NCBI RefSeq assembly: GCF_018350175.1
Contig: NC_058368.1
Coordinates: 195,736,001 to 195,800,000 of the forward strand
DNA: 64,000 nucleotides
Direction of reading: 5' to 3'
From: Felis catus
Taxonomy: Eukaryota
Part shown: one piece after another, positions 1-13,661 of the stretch
Layout: each line of letters opens with the position of its first letter
Numbering within the stretch: the first letter of the stretch is position 1
Translations under genes and position numbers: made by a program
The notes under the pieces: generated by a model
Databases searched by the model: none
Seen by the model: the letters and a program-made list of their open reading frames with translations, nothing else
What the model was told of the DNA's origin: nothing

Positions 1-759
1 TTAAAAATAAAAATAAAAACGTTGTTGTTCATTGCCTTAGTTTTTAGGTCACCTTATAGGTTTTGCACTTTCCCCCAACTTTCCCCACCCATCTCCTCAA
101 ACTGAGAGGTTTGAAGTCCTGAGGATGGATTTCCTGGGAAATTCCAGACAAACCTAGGGGGTTAGCCACCCTACCTCGGTCTTCCCCCTTCCACTCACTC
201 AGTGTCCTTTTTATCCCTTTCAGTCTCCCCCTCTTCTGCATTCTCCCCTCGTCTCAGACCTCAGCCTTTCAGTCTCAATACCTACACCCCCCGCCCCCTG
301 CGTTTTGTGCCTTAGTCTCCATTCTCTGTTCCTCAGATTCTCCTTTATTTTGTGCCTCAGTCTCATCATTGTCTCAATTTTCCTTTTTTTCATCAGAAAT
401 TCCCTGCAACATACTACGGTAGTAGGAATTTCCCCAACGCGATTCCTTAGCATTGTTTTTTTTTAGCATAATTAACGGTTTTATGACTCCTCTCCACCCC
501 CCCCCCCATGAGCCCTTCCATCACTTTTGCCCCTCTGTCCTACAGTGGAATCCCCTTGTATAGGGCGAATCCCCCTGTATAGGGCTGTACCATTTACCAG
601 CACTTTGAAGTAGAATCCCTGCAAAAGGATTCCACCGTTCCAAATTCCTCTTTCCCCAGTTAGTCTTCAAATAAAGGACTGCACCACTGCACCTTCTTCC
701 CCGATCCTTTAAAAGCTCTCGGCAAAACTTTGCCCCACACGGGTTTATATAATCTTCCT

Positions 760-1100
760 TTCGGTCATTTTACCCGTTCCCCTCGCCGCCGCAAAGACAC
801 GGTCCAAACTCAGGCTGGGAATAAACCCAAGTTCCTCCTCTTGTACGGAATTGTCCGGGTTCTCAAGATGGCGGCTTCCGCAGTGAGACACAGCGCATGG
901 GGGCGGACATCTTGCCTCCTGAACAAAGCCGCAGAGAATGCGGAGTGGGCAAAACCGCTCAGAATAGCTCGGCGCATGCTTGAGAGCCCTGCGCTGTGGT
1001 CACCCAGGCAGGAAGCGGGTGCTAATCACGTTAATCCATGACAGCTGTCCCGGGTTAAACTGTGACGGACGTTTCCGGACCTGATAATCGAGCTGGGAGT
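760..1100 (+). promoter_or_regulatory. CpG-rich promoter / first exon of the upstream ZNF300 paralog, with a YY1 consensus site CAAGATGGCGGC at 864-875
   Basis: Locally CpG-dense and homologous to 49000-49340 (shared ttctcaagatggcggct, tgcctcctgaacaaagccg, gcggagtgggcaaaac, gtcccggttaaa-like blocks). Boundaries are approximate. Confidence 0.75.
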
Positions 1101-1654
1101 AGAAGTGGGATTTATGGATTGAGTCATGAGGAAGTTTGGGGTTGATATTGGAGGGGCGGTCAGCAATTGGAGGTCTATGGAGTCTGATGGGAAGTCTGTG
1201 GGATGAGTGTTGGGTACATGTAGAGGTCAGTAACAAGGAGAGCTGTCTGATCTGTGGGTCAGGGATGGCAGGTCTGTGCGCTGTTGGAGTATTCATATGA
1301 CCAGTGATTTGTGAACCTATATGGCTAGTCTTGTGTTGGGGGTTTGTTGGAAGTGCTCTTTGGGATTTGTGATTTCTGCCCCTGCTTGATTCAGTGATTT
1401 GTAGGAGTCATTAATTCAGCCAGTGGCTGATAAAGGTCCGTCCTGGTTTAGTGAGAAAACTTTACAATTTATGTAAAGTCCGAGGTGGCCCCCACCTTGA
1501 AGCCCCTCCTCAGATGTTTCCTCAAATCACCATCTCCCTCCATCGCTCAAAAGCTCACAGAAGAAAACATCCTTTGAATGTAAGACCAAACAAATCTAAA
1601 GCAATAACATTATTATTGTCGATTCTCTCTAGCCAAAGAGCTCCAGGAACACCC

Positions 1655-2110
1655 TGTAGTTGAACAGATTGGGTTTATTGCTCTAGCATCTAGTTACACC
1701 ATGGGGAAAGTGGGGGCTTCTCAGAAAGAGCGTGTTAGAAAGAACTTACAGGATTTGTGTTAGGTGATTTCGAGGAGGGCCTAAGGGAGTGGACCTTGCT
1801 CTGAATTGGATGTTGTAAGGAAGTGGATGTTGTTTGGGAATTTCAGTACATCTGGAGAGAGGAAAGACTAACCTAAAGTTAAAGCTGTAATAGGTGAGGA
1901 AGTAGCAGTCACTCATGTTAACCAGGAGAGAGGGCGTTTTGTGGATTGGACAATGTGGATGTTTTGTCTGTGTTCAGACATGACTTCAGAGAGGGCTTGT
2001 TTTTGTTTTATTCCATCTTGGTCACTGAGTGGCCTTGTCTGATGTTGATACTCTGTGTAATTATATTAAATAGGAGAGTTTGAGTGCCAGACCAGCTCTG
2101 AAATGTGAGA
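1655..2110. mobile_element. Probable old ERVL-class LTR relic in intron 1 of the paralog
   Basis: LTR-like motifs (tgggtttattg...acaccatgggga...aggatttg); absent from the paralogous intron near 49900-49980. Family not determined. Confidence 0.4.
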
Positions 2111-2274
2111 GCTGCTTTTTCTTTTTCTTACATGAGGTGTGATTTCAGCCCTGTTTCTTCCTATTTATTGAATTTGTTCTACATTCTGTTCAGCAAACAT
2201 TTATTAAACACCTGTTATTGTTTCAGAGTTCAGTGTCCAGAGAGGAGCCTGACTATTTAATTGTTTCCTTCTAG

Positions 2275-2402
2275 GTTCATTTTGACAAAGCCTGGGATAA
2301 CCCCATATGAAACAGTCTACCTATCATGGGAGCACTCACTTCCTGTGAATGAGTACAGCCTTCTCTGGATGATCCATCCTGGGACTGAGAAGAATTCACC
2401 AG
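2275..2402 (+). other. Non-coding (5'UTR) exon of the upstream paralog
   Basis: Acceptor ttccttctag|, donor ag|gtaagt; homologous to 50059-50185. Confidence 0.7.
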
Positions 2403-3088
2403 GTAAGTATCTTTCTGCACTGTACTGTATTCCTGTTTATCAATGGTTCTAACCTGTCACGATTTTCTTACATAGATAACTGCACTATTGGAAATCAAAA
2501 TAAAATCTTAAGCAAAAAACATGTTAAAATCAGCAAAATCAACAATTTTAGTCTTTGAATATTGACTTGGCAAGATAATTTGCTGGGTTAGGGGAAAATA
2601 TAAAAGAGCTCTTAGGATTTTGCTGGCTGCTTACGTCTAGGGAATATGGGTGCATTCCTTAGTTTTCTACTTGGTTATTCTTATTCTTATTGTCAGGGAA
2701 CTGCTCCATCTGCAGTTAAATCTTATGTGTATGTGTAGACATGGTTATTGTCTTATGATAGAGTCTTACAGATAGAATTGCAAATAGAATTGCTGATTCA
2801 AAGGGGAACATTAAGGTGTTTGTGTATCAACAGAAATAACTTCGTTTATCCAATTAAAAATCACCTTGTACATTTTCTATGTGATCCTATTATAATCACA
2901 AGAGGACTTTTTTCACATGGTGCATACAGATCCTTCTATAAGGATCAAATGACCTTCTATGGGGCGACCTGTTTTTCATCTGACTTCTGTTGGTGGTTGT
3001 TTCTAGATGGTAAATGGCCCCTGGAGACTTAGTCTGTCTCTCAGTCCTGATTCTTCAGACCTCTGCTCTTTTGGAAGAGAAGCAGAAA

Positions 3089-3103
3089 ATGACCAAGTCT
3101 CAC
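3089..3103 (+). CDS. ZNF300-like paralog, first coding exon (MTKSH); exon 3059-3103
   Basis: Acceptor ttcttcag|, then ATG ACC AAG TCT CAC|gtgagt; homologous to the MMKSQ exon at 50874. Confidence 0.8.
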
Positions 3104-3905
3104 GTGAGTTGCTTGCTTATTTTGTACTTGGTTTCCATATAATCAAATGGAGAAGTGTAGAAAGCTAGAGATTAGAATTAGGGAAAATGTAGAGAGAACA
3201 AAGACTTGGAATGAGTTGCTATGTAATAAGTAGAACCACATAAAACCACTATTAGAGTTCACATATATATTTGTTATGTATAAGTTCTATATAAATATAA
3301 TACACTTATTATATGTACATTATGTCTATTTTACATAAATGTGTAAATTAAAGTGCACATTTGTTTGATCTTTTCTAGCAACCACAGTGGAAAGGTAGAG
3401 AACATCATATATGTGATTTGGCATTCTCCACAAATCAGGAAAAAAAGAAATTTCTTTGGGGGGCGGGGGTCTCCTATAGATGATGTCCTGACCTATACTT
3501 CTGCATAAATGTATCAGTAGATTTTTTGTGGTTGTGTCTTTAAATATTTTTTTAGAAGACAGTTATAATGTTAAAGCTGAACTCCATAAGCATTATTCTT
3601 TGGGAGAACTAAGGTACAGTTTATCCAGAGATAAAACCTAGATAAGATGGAATGATGAGTATCTATTTGTCTCTATGTGATTATTTCTCTCAAATAGGCA
3701 GTTCTGTACTTAAAATTCTGTGGTAAACATTTGGAGCACAGGGGTCTCTGATTTTCTATAGCCTTTGCTGTGGTCTCGGGGTTTGTGAAGCTACTCCCCA
3801 ACTGAATGCCAGTTCTTGCCCTATTTTTTTCAATTTATAAAATCATTTTACTATTTTTTTTGTCCTAGCCTGAATTATCCCTACTTGGTAAAAACATTTA
3901 AGAAA

Positions 3906-3946
3906 TACATACATACATACATACATACATACATACATACATACAT
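3906..3946. repeat. (TACA)n microsatellite
   Basis: Read directly from the sequence. Confidence 0.95.
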
Positions 3947-4346
3947 AAAATAAAGTGAAAAAGATTTTAAAATTCCCTTTCTCCTGGGATAGCCAGTATT
4001 AATAATTTGCAATGCTTAGATTTTTTTTTCCCCATCTGGAAACTGTTTCTTGTTTTTAAAACATAAAGTCTCAACTTTCTTATTTAACTGAATGACTATC
4101 CACTTTTTCCAGTACCATTTATTGAACAAGTTACTTATTTAAAATGCTGCCTTTATTGAATTCCCATTTGTGAATAAGTCTCTTTTGCTCTTCTGTTCTT
4201 CTGATAAGTTTGACTCTTTTTGCTAAAGACAAAATTTTACATCATTTTTCTGAATAGGCATGACATAGAACTGGGCACATAGTTTTGCATGCTGTGGTAA
4301 AAATGGGAATGATCACTTCAGATTGAACAGGAGCATGCTATTATAG

Positions 4347-4670
<324 letters not shown>

Positions 4671-4731
4671 TAGCACCCTTGTTTTTCTTCACTGCAGTCA
4701 ACCCAATTCCTTTCTGATTTCTCTATAATAG

Positions 4732-4827
4732 GGCATCCAGTTTCCAAACCAGATGTCATCTCCAAGTTGGAGCAAGGAGAAGAGCCATGGATAATAAAGA
4801 GAGATGTATCAGATTGGAACTATCCAG
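4732..4827 (+). CDS. ZNF300-like paralog, KRAB-B exon (GHPVSKPDVISKLEQGEEPWIIKRDVSDWNYP)
   Basis: Canonical 96-bp KRAB-B exon, aatag| ... cag|gtaaaa; phase is compatible with both neighbouring exons. Confidence 0.9.
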
Positions 4828-5749
4828 GTAAAAATCTAGCAGGTGGGAGTCAAGGGAAGTGAAATCTCAGTTTCTTTGTTTTTTGTTTTTAATTGGCTGG
4901 TGGCTGAGACTTATGCTTCCACCTAGTTGGCAGTTCCTACTCCCTCTTGCTCCTGTGCTGAACGTGTAGTAAGTATTCGACAACTCGTTAAGTAATAGTG
5001 AGCCACAAAGAGAAAAAAAGTTTCTTACTGATTCACTCAACAATCATGTCTTTAGTGCCTTTCGAGAAGAAATTCAAAGGCACTAGAAATCAGATGCTTT
5101 TCAGGAACATAGGTTTTACATGGAAAGATAAGAATCAAAGTTCATGGCTGTATAAAATTGCATGACCAATCTAGTTAATGTTTTAGGAGTTAAATGAAAA
5201 TCATAGTCTAAAGAGATGTGGCATAACTTAAGAAGGCATGTTTTCCCAGCATGAACCAGCCCCTCTGAAGTATATTTGAAGTGTGGGTTAGGCAGGAGGA
5301 TGGCGAAGGCAAGCTCTAGGAATGGCTGTGTATAAATTCTTGGAGTTAGGAATCCTTATGGCTTTCTGGAAGAAATTTGCTAGGCTTACTTGACTTCAGT
5401 AAAAGATATTTATTGGAGACTAACATAAGTGTGGATGCACAGTGTGAATACAAAGTTTCATTAGCTGTACTCTGAAATTTTGTTACTATTTTTATTTACA
5501 CAACTTTAAGATATAACTCACATGCCTTACAGTTGACCCAAAGTTAACAATTCAGTGGTTTTTAGTGTATTCACAAATAATGTGTAACAATTGCCACAGC
5601 CAATTTTAGAACATTTTTATCACCTACAAAAGAGATCCTGTACTCTTTAGCTATCACACCCCTGTTTCCCATCTCCCAGCCCTAAGCAACCACTAATCTA
5701 CTTTCTGTCTTTGTTAATTTGCCTACTCTTGATATTTCATTTATTAAAT

Positions 5750-5963
5750 GTCTTTTTTTAAGTTTTATTTATTTATTTTGAGAGAGGCAGAAACAGTGTG
5801 AGGAGGTTAGAGGCAGAGAGTGAGGGAGAGAGGAAAATCCTAAGCAGACTCTGTGCCACCAGTGCAGAGCCTGACATGAGACTCAAACCCACGAAACTGA
5901 GATTGTGACCTGAGCCAAAACCAAGAATTGGACGCTTAACCAACTGAGCCACCCAGGTGCCCC
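5750..5963 (-). mobile_element. CanSINE
   Basis: Reverse ggggcacctgggtggctcagttggttaagc head; TSD ttgatatttcattta. Confidence 0.9.
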
Positions 5964-6789
5964 TTGATATTTCATTTAAATGAAATAATGTAATATGTGG
6001 TCTTTTGTGACTGGCTTCTTTCAGTTAGCATCCTGTTTTTGAGGTTCATCCACATTATAGCGTGTATCAGTCCTTCATTCCTTTTTTGGCTGAGTAATAT
6101 TCCATTGTATGGATATACTACATTTGGTTATCCATTCATCAATCATTGGATATTTGGCTTGTTTCCACCTTTTGGCAACATGAATAATGCTACTGTAAAC
6201 ATTCATGCATAAGTTTTTGTGTAGACATAGGTTTCATTTTTTCTTCATTATGTACCTAGGAATGGAATTGCTGGGTCATATATCAACTTTGTGTTTAACT
6301 AAAATAGTCCCTGATGACTAATGATGCTGAGCATATTTTCATTTGCTTATTTATCATTATGTATCTTCTTTGGAAAATAGTGTGTTGGGATCCTTTTTCT
6401 ATTTTGAACTATTTGTCTTTTTATTAATGAGTTGTAAGAATTCTTTGTATAGATAAAATTCTTATATAGAACATATATGGAATTTTTATGTAAAGTTCTT
6501 TATGTAGATAAAGTGTTTTGTATAGATTCTTTTTTGTTGTCCACTGGTACTGATTTCAGTATTAATTAGGACAGGCTAGATATAGTGTATTACAGATTAA
6601 CCTCCACATGCCAGTGCCTTAACACAACAGTGTTTGTTTCCTTTACGTGATGCAAATCCAACACAGTTTGGCAGGGGGGCATGCTCCACTGGTCCCTCAG
6701 GAATCCAATTGAGTGAAGTTAACACCATCTGCCGTCCAACTTGTCACTGATACAGGGGAAGAGGAATCTGGAGAACTCACAAGGCTCTT

Positions 6790-6965
6790 CTGAGCTTTAC
6801 CTAGATTGTCAGTTTACTATAAAAGGGTATGTAACCCAGGAACACCCAGTTGGAGGGGATACCTCGAGGAAGGTATGTGGAAGGGGCGCAGAGCTCCCGT
6901 TCCCTCTCCAGGTGCACCACCATTCTCCCAGCGCCTCCCATGTGTTCCCCAACCTGGAAGCTCCT
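6790..6965. mobile_element. MER21-like LTR fragment
   Basis: Motif ggaaggggcgcagagctcccgttccctctccaggtgcaccacc...aacctggaagctc resembles MER21 (from memory). Confidence 0.55.
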
Positions 6966-7044
6966 GGAGTTCTTATTTGATTTCAGTCTCTTAACCAGAT
7001 ACATGATTTGCAAATACTTCCATCATATGGGTTGTCTTTTTACT

Positions 7045-7259
7045 CTTTTTTTTAAGCTATTTATTTACTTTTTGAGAGGGAGAGAACACGAGAGGGGGAG
7101 GGACAGAGAGAGAGGAAGAGAATGAATTCCAAGCAGGCTCCAAGCTGCCAACATTGAACTCGATGTGGGGCTCGATCTCAGTCTTGTGAATCATGAGATC
7201 ATGACCTGAGCTGAAATCAAGAGTCATTTGTTTAACCAGCTGAGCCACCCAGGTGCCCC
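7045..7259 (-). mobile_element. CanSINE
   Basis: tRNA-derived head, (CT)n tract and A-tail in reverse orientation. Confidence 0.9.
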
Positions 7260-7543
7260 AGTGTTTTCACTCTCTTGATAGTATCCTTTGACACACATGA
7301 TTTTTTAATTTTGATGAAGCCCAGTTTTCCTGTTGTTCTTTTGTTGCTGTCATATCCAAGAATCCATTGCCAAATCCAAGGTCATGAAGTTTACCCCTAT
7401 GTTTTTTTCCTAAAAGTTTTATACTGTTAATGTTCTTACATTTAGGTCTTTGATACATTTTGAATTAATTTTTGCACATGATATGAAGTAAGGTTCCAAC
7501 TTCATTCTTTTGCATGTGGCAATCCAGGTGTTCCAGCGCCATT

Positions 7544-7574
<31 letters not shown>

Positions 7575-8027
7575 TCTATCTATCTATCTATCTATCTTTT
7601 GATGATGACGTGTGGTTTTTTTCATTTTTATTTTTTTAATACTAGTAAACTTAAATACAGTGTTGTATTAGTTTCAGGTATATCGTAAAGTGATTCAAAA
7701 ATCCCATATAATTCAGTTCTCATCAAGATAAGTGTACTCTTAATCCCTTTTAACTATTTCACCCATCCCCCCACACCTCCCCTCTGATAATCATCAGTTT
7801 GTTCTCTGTAGTTCAGTCTGGTTTTGTTTTGTCTTTTTTTTGTTTTTTCCTTTGTTCATTTGTTTCTTAAATTCCACATGAGTGAAATCAAATGGTATTT
7901 GCGTTTCTCTGACTGGCTTATTTCGTTCAGCATTTTACTCTAGATCCATACATGTTGCTGCAGATGGCAAGATTTCATTCTTTCTTATGGCTCAATGATA
8001 TTCTATTGTGTATATATACCACATCTT

Positions 8028-8255
8028 TTTTTTTTTTTTAATTTTTTTTTCAACGTTTTTATTTATTTTTGGGACAGAGAGAGACAGAGCATGAACGGGG
8101 GAGGGGCAGAGAGAGAGGGAGACACAGAATCGGAAGCAGGCTCCAGGCTCTGAGCCATCAGCCCAGAGCCCGACACGGGGCTCGAACTCACGGACCGCGA
8201 GATCGTGACCTGGCTGAAGTTGGACGCTTAACCGACTGCGCCACCCAGGCGCCCC
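8028..8255 (-). mobile_element. Young felid SINE (SINEC_Fc-type)
   Basis: CpG-rich, near-identical to the copies at 13662, 44633, 54777 and 56011; TSD ataccacatctt. Confidence 0.95.
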
Positions 8256-8779
8256 AATACCACATCTTCTTTATCTGTTCATCTGTTGATGGACACTTAG
8301 GCTGCTTCCATAATTTGGCTATTGTAAATTATGCTGCAGTAAACATAGGGGTGCATGTATCCCTTTGAATTAGTGTTTTTGTATTTGGGTAAATTCCCAG
8401 TAGTGTGATTGCTGGATTATAGGGTAGTTCTGTTTTTAATTTTTTGAGGAACGTCCATACTGTGTCCCACAGTGGTGTACCAGTTTGCATTCCCACCAGC
8501 AATGCACAGGTGTTCTTTTTCTTGACATCCTCAACAACATTTGTTGTTTCTTGAGCCCATCCCCTACTTTTTTTTTTAATTTAAATTTTAGTTAACGTAG
8601 AGCTTTTGATTTTAGACATTCTGACAGGTGTGAGGTAATAATATCTCATTGTGGTTTTGATTTGCATTTCCCTGATGAGTGATTTTGAACATCTTTTTAT
8701 TTTTTATGTGTCTGTCGGCCATCTGGATGTCATCTTTGGAGAAATGTCTGTTCGTGTCTTCTGCCCGTTGTTATTTATT

Positions 8780-8990
8780 TATTTTTTAATTAAAAAAATT
8801 TTTTTTTGAGACAGAGAGAGACAGAGCATGAGCAGGGGAGGGGTAGAGAGAGGGAGACACAGAATCCAAAGCAGGCTCCAGGCTCAGAGCTGTCCGCACA
8901 GAGCCTGACACGGGGCTTGAACTCATGGACTGTGAGATCATGACCTGAGCTGAAGTTGGACGCTTAACGAACTGAGCCACCCAGGCACCC
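8780..8990 (-). mobile_element. CanSINE
   Basis: Head, CT tract and tail motifs. Confidence 0.9.
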
Positions 8991-9959
8991 CATATTTATT
9001 TGTTTATTTATAATATACATCCAAGTTAGTTAGCATATAGTGCAATAATGTTTTCAGGAGTAGATTCCAGTGATTCATCCCCTATGTATAACACCCAGTA
9101 CTTAGCCCATCCCCCCCATCCACAGCCCCTCCAGCAACCCTCAGTTTGTTCCCTGTATTTAAGAGTCTCTTAGGTTTTGTCCCCCTCCACGTTTTTATAT
9201 TATTTTAACTTCCCTTCCCTTATGTTCATCCATTTTGTATCTTAAATTCCACATGAGTGAAGTTACATGATATTTGTCTTTGTCTGACTAATTTCACTCA
9301 GCATAATATCCTCCAGTTCTATCCACGTAGTTGCAAATGTCTTCTGCCAGTTTTTAATTGGATTATTTATTTTTTAGGTGTTGAGTTGTATAAGTTTTTT
9401 GTATATTTTGGATACTAACCTTTTGTTAGATAAGTCATTTGCAAACATCTTCTCCCATTCCATAGGTTGTCTTTTAGTTTTGTTGGTTGTTACCTTTGCT
9501 GTGCAGACTTTTTATTTTGATGTAGTTCCAATAGTTTATTTTTGCTTTTGTTTTCCTTGCCACAGAGGACATATCTAAAAACATATTGTTATGGCCAATG
9601 TCAGAGAAATTACTGCGTGTGCTCTCTTCTAGGATTTTTATGGTTTCAGGTCTCACATTTAGGTCCTTAATCCATTTTGAGTTTATTTTTGTGTACAGTT
9701 TCAGAAAGTGATCCATTTTCATTTTTTTGCATGTAGCTGTCCAGTTTTCCCAACACCATTTGTTGAAGAGACTGTCTTTTTCCCATTGTATATTCTTGAA
9801 GATTAATTGATCATAGAATTGTGGGTTTATATCTGGGCTCTGTATTCTGTTCTACTGATCTATGTTTTTGTGTCAGTACCATCCTGTTTTGATTACTACA
9901 GTTTTGTAATATAACTTGAAGTCTGGAATTTTGGTCCCTCCAGTTTTTCTTTTCTTTTC

Positions 9960-9992
9960 TTTCTTTTTAAATATTTTTAATGTTTATTTATT

Positions 9993-10038
<46 letters not shown>

Positions 10039-10197
10039 AGTGGGGGAGGGGCAGACAGAGAGGGAGACACAGAATCTGAAGCAGGCTCCAGGCTCCCAGC
10101 TGTCAAGAGCCTGACACGGGGCTCGAACCCACAAACTGGGAGATCATGACCTGAGCCAAAGTTGGACACTTAACCGATTGAGCCACCCGGGTGCCCC
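9960..10197 (-). mobile_element. CanSINE with expanded (GA)n tract
   Basis: Head and tail motifs. Confidence 0.9.
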
Positions 10198-11884
10198 CTG
10201 TTTTTCTTTTTCAAGGTTGCTTTGGCTGTTCAGGGTCTTCTGTGGTTCCCTACAAATTTTAGGATTGTTTGTTCTAGTTCTGTGAAAAATGCTGTTGGTA
10301 TTTTGATAGGGATTGCAATACTTGTGTAGATTGCTTTGGGTAGTATTGACATTTTACTATATAACAATTTACAAATAACAATATTTGTTCTTCCAGTCAA
10401 TGAACATGGAATGTCTATTTGTTTGTGTCTTCAATTTCTTTCATCATTGTTTTCTAGTTTTCAGAATATGGGTTTTTTTCCTCTTTGGTTAAGTTTATTC
10501 CTAGGTATTTGTATTATTGTAAATGAGATTGTTTCCTTAATTTCTTTTTGCTTTATTATTATTGTATAGAAATGTACATAAATGTTGTATCCTGTGACCT
10601 TACTGAATTCATATATGAGTTCCAGCAGTTTTTTGGTGGAGTCTTTCGGGTTTTCGGTATATAGTATATCATGTCACCTGCAAATAGTGAAAGTTTTACT
10701 TCTTCCTTACCAGTTTGGATGTCTTTTATTCTTTTTGTCTGATTACTAGGGCTAGGACTTCCAATACTCTCTTGAATAAAAGTGGTGAGAGTGGACATTC
10801 TTGTCTTGTTCCCGACCTTACAGGAAAAGCTCTCAGTTTTTCCCCATTGAGTATGATGTTAGCTGTGGGCTTTTCATATATGATGCCTTTATTATGCTGA
10901 GGTATGTTCTCTCTAAACCTACTTTGTTGAGGGTTTTTATTATGAATAAATTTTATACTTTGTCAAATGCTTTTTCTGCATCTATTGAAATGATCATATG
11001 GCTTTATCCTTGATGGGACACATCAGTTGATTTTTTTGCAAATATTGAACCACTCTTACATCCTGGCAATAAATCCCACTTGATTGTGGTGAACGATTGT
11101 TTTAATGTATTGTTGAATTCAATCTGCTACTATTTTGTTGAGGATTTTTGCATCTGTATTCATCAGAGATACTGGCCTTTAGGTCTCTTTTTGTGTGTGT
11201 GTGGTGTCTTTACCTGGTGTGGGAATCAGGGTAATGCTGGCCTCATAGAATGAATATGTTCCAGCACCATTTATTGAAGTGATTTTTCTTTTCCCATTGA
11301 ATGGTCTTGGCACTCTTGCCAAAAATCAATTAGCCATAAATGAAAGAGTTTATTTCTGACTATACTATTCTGCCTATCTGTATATCTATCTCTGTGCCAG
11401 TCTTTTGACTATCGTTGCTTGTAGTAAGTTTTGAAATTGGAAAATGTCATTCTTCCAATATTGTTTTTCTTTTCCAAGACTGGAAACATTGGCTGTTCAG
11501 GGTTCATGTGAATTTTGGAATAAAGAGTATCCATTTCTACAAATAAGTATTCTTAGATTCTGATAGGGATTCGTTGAATTTTTAGATCAATTTGAGTAGT
11601 ATTGCTGTCTTAATAATATTAAATCTTCTAATCAGTGGGAGCATATAATTTTTTCCTTTCACTTAGATCATTAATTTTTTTCAACAATAGTTTTCAGAGT
11701 ATAAATTTCATACTTGTTAAATTTGTTTCTTAGTCTTTTATTTTATTTGATGCTGTTATAAATGGAATTGTGTTGTTAATTTCATTTTTGTATTGTCCAT
11801 TGCAAGTGTATGGAAATGTACTTTATTTTTATATCTTGGTCTAGTATTCTGAGAACTTACTAATAAACTCATTATTTCTTTTTC

Positions 11885-12547
11885 TTTAACTTATTTTATT
11901 TTATTTATATTTGAGAGAGAGACAGACAGACAGACAGAGACAGTGTGTGAACAGGAGAGGAGCAGAGAGAGACTCAGAATCTGAAGCAGCCTCCAGGCTC
12001 TGAGCTGTCAGCACAGACCCCAACATGGGGTTCGAACTCATGAGCCGTGAAATCATAACCTGAGCCAAAGTCAGATGCTCAACTGACTGAGGCACCCAAG
12101 CATCCCTATTATTTCTTTTTTTTTTTTTAAAGCTTATTTATTTATTTTGAGAGAGAGAGAGAGAGAGAGAGAGGGCAAGTGGGAGGGGCAGAGAGAGAAT
12201 CCCAGGCAGGCTCCACACTGTCAGTGCAGAGCCTGATGTGGGGCTCAAGCCCATGAACCATAACAAGATCATGACTTGAGCTGAAGTCAGATGCTTAACT
12301 GACTGAGCCAGCCAGGCACCCCAGGTCTTTTTTATTTTTATTTTTATTTTTGTAAGTTTTTATTTCTTTATTTTGAGTGTGAGTGAACAGGGGAGGGGCA
12401 GAGAGAGAGGGAGAGAGAATCCCAAGCTGGCTCAATGCTGTCAGCGTGGACCCCGACACAAGGGCTGGATCTCACAAACTGTGAGATCATGATCTGAGCT
12501 GAAATCAAGAGTCACTTGCTTAACTGACTGAGCCACTCAGTCGCCCC
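11885..12547 (-). mobile_element. Cluster of three consecutive CanSINEs (about 11885-12105, 12116-12322, 12330-12547)
   Basis: Three successive tail-CT-head units in the same orientation. Confidence 0.9.
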
Positions 12548-13661
12548 ATTTATTATTAGTTCTAATTGTTCTTTAGTTGATCTCTTAGGATTTTCTGTAT
12601 AAATGATTTGTCACCTACAAAAAGAGATAGTTTTATATTCCTTCACACATTGGGTGCCTTTTATTTCTTCTTCTTGCCTAAGTATCCTGGTTAGAACCTC
12701 CAGTACAATTTTGAATAGAATAGGGAGTGGACATTCTTGTCTTATTCCTGATGTTTTGTGGGGGGGATATCCAATCTTTCAGTGTTAAGTATATTAGCTA
12801 TAGGTTGTCATGCCCTTTATCAGGTTGAGGGATTTCTTTTCTATTCCTAATTTTTTGGTTTTTTTGTAATGAAAAATGTGTTGGATTTTGACAAATGTAA
12901 TTTTTTTGCATTTACTGAGATCTTTTTATTATGATATATTACTGAATTTTAATTAATTGATTGTTGGATAGTAAACCAACCTTACATTCCTGGACAATTT
13001 CCACTTGCTGATGGTGTATAAATCTTTTTATGTATTGCTGGATTCGGTTTGCTGCTTGTGTTGGGGATCTGGAAGACCACCCTGCAGTTTGATGATTTGC
13101 TAGAAGAATTCACAGACCTGGAGAAGCTGTTATACTCGTGGTTATGGTATATTACAGTGATAGAATTTACCGGTCTGGGTCTGGACTTTTCTTTGTGGGA
13201 AGATTTTTATTTACCAAATTTCTTTCCTTGATGTGAATGTATTCGAGTTATCTATTTTTTCTTGAGTGGGTTCTGGTAATTCATCTCTTTAAAGGAATTT
13301 TTGTCTTTCATCCAAATTGTCAAATTCATTGGTATCATATTTTTCATGATAATCCCCTATTGTTCTTTTATGTCTGTAGGATCTGGTCTAGAGATGTTCT
13401 GTTTTTCATTGCTACTTTGCCATTGCCATTTCCCTTTTTTTTTTCTCTTTGCTAACTAAAGCATACTAATTTTATTAATTTTTTCAAATAATCAGTTTCT
13501 TATTTATTTCTTTTTCACTGTTTGTCCATTTTCTATTTCCTTGACTTCCACTCTGATCTTTATTTTTCCTGTCTTCTACTTATTTTGGGTTTAATTTGCT
13601 CTTTTTCTAGCTTCTTAAGGTGGAAGCTTAGATTATTTATTTGAGATCTGTTTTGTTTTCT

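Larger units (their letters stand above)
5480..13620 (-). mobile_element. Nested antisense L1 fragments (old L1M-type and carnivore L1 3' ends/ORF2 pieces), interrupted by SINEs and LTR relics
   Basis: ORF2-like translations, e.g. 9474-9722 ([17 protein letters not shown]) and 10559-10798 ([13 protein letters not shown]), plus L1 3'UTR motifs. Boundaries are approximate. Confidence 0.8.

Noticed and set aside
548..585. Short direct repeat gaatcccc-tgtatagggc x2, plus related repeats at 300-365
   Set aside because: Local slippage duplications; no spacer-repeat array, and CRISPR does not apply to mammalian DNA.
730..1296. ORFs of 98-103 aa over the paralog promoter, and similar 150-185 aa ORFs at 48675-49446
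   Set aside because: These are chance ORFs in GC-rich promoter DNA; there is no recognisable domain and the frames are not preserved between paralogs.
8069..8368. Recurrent MGQRETEHERGRGRE and MAQSVK-type ORFs
   Set aside because: They are translations of SINE sequence.
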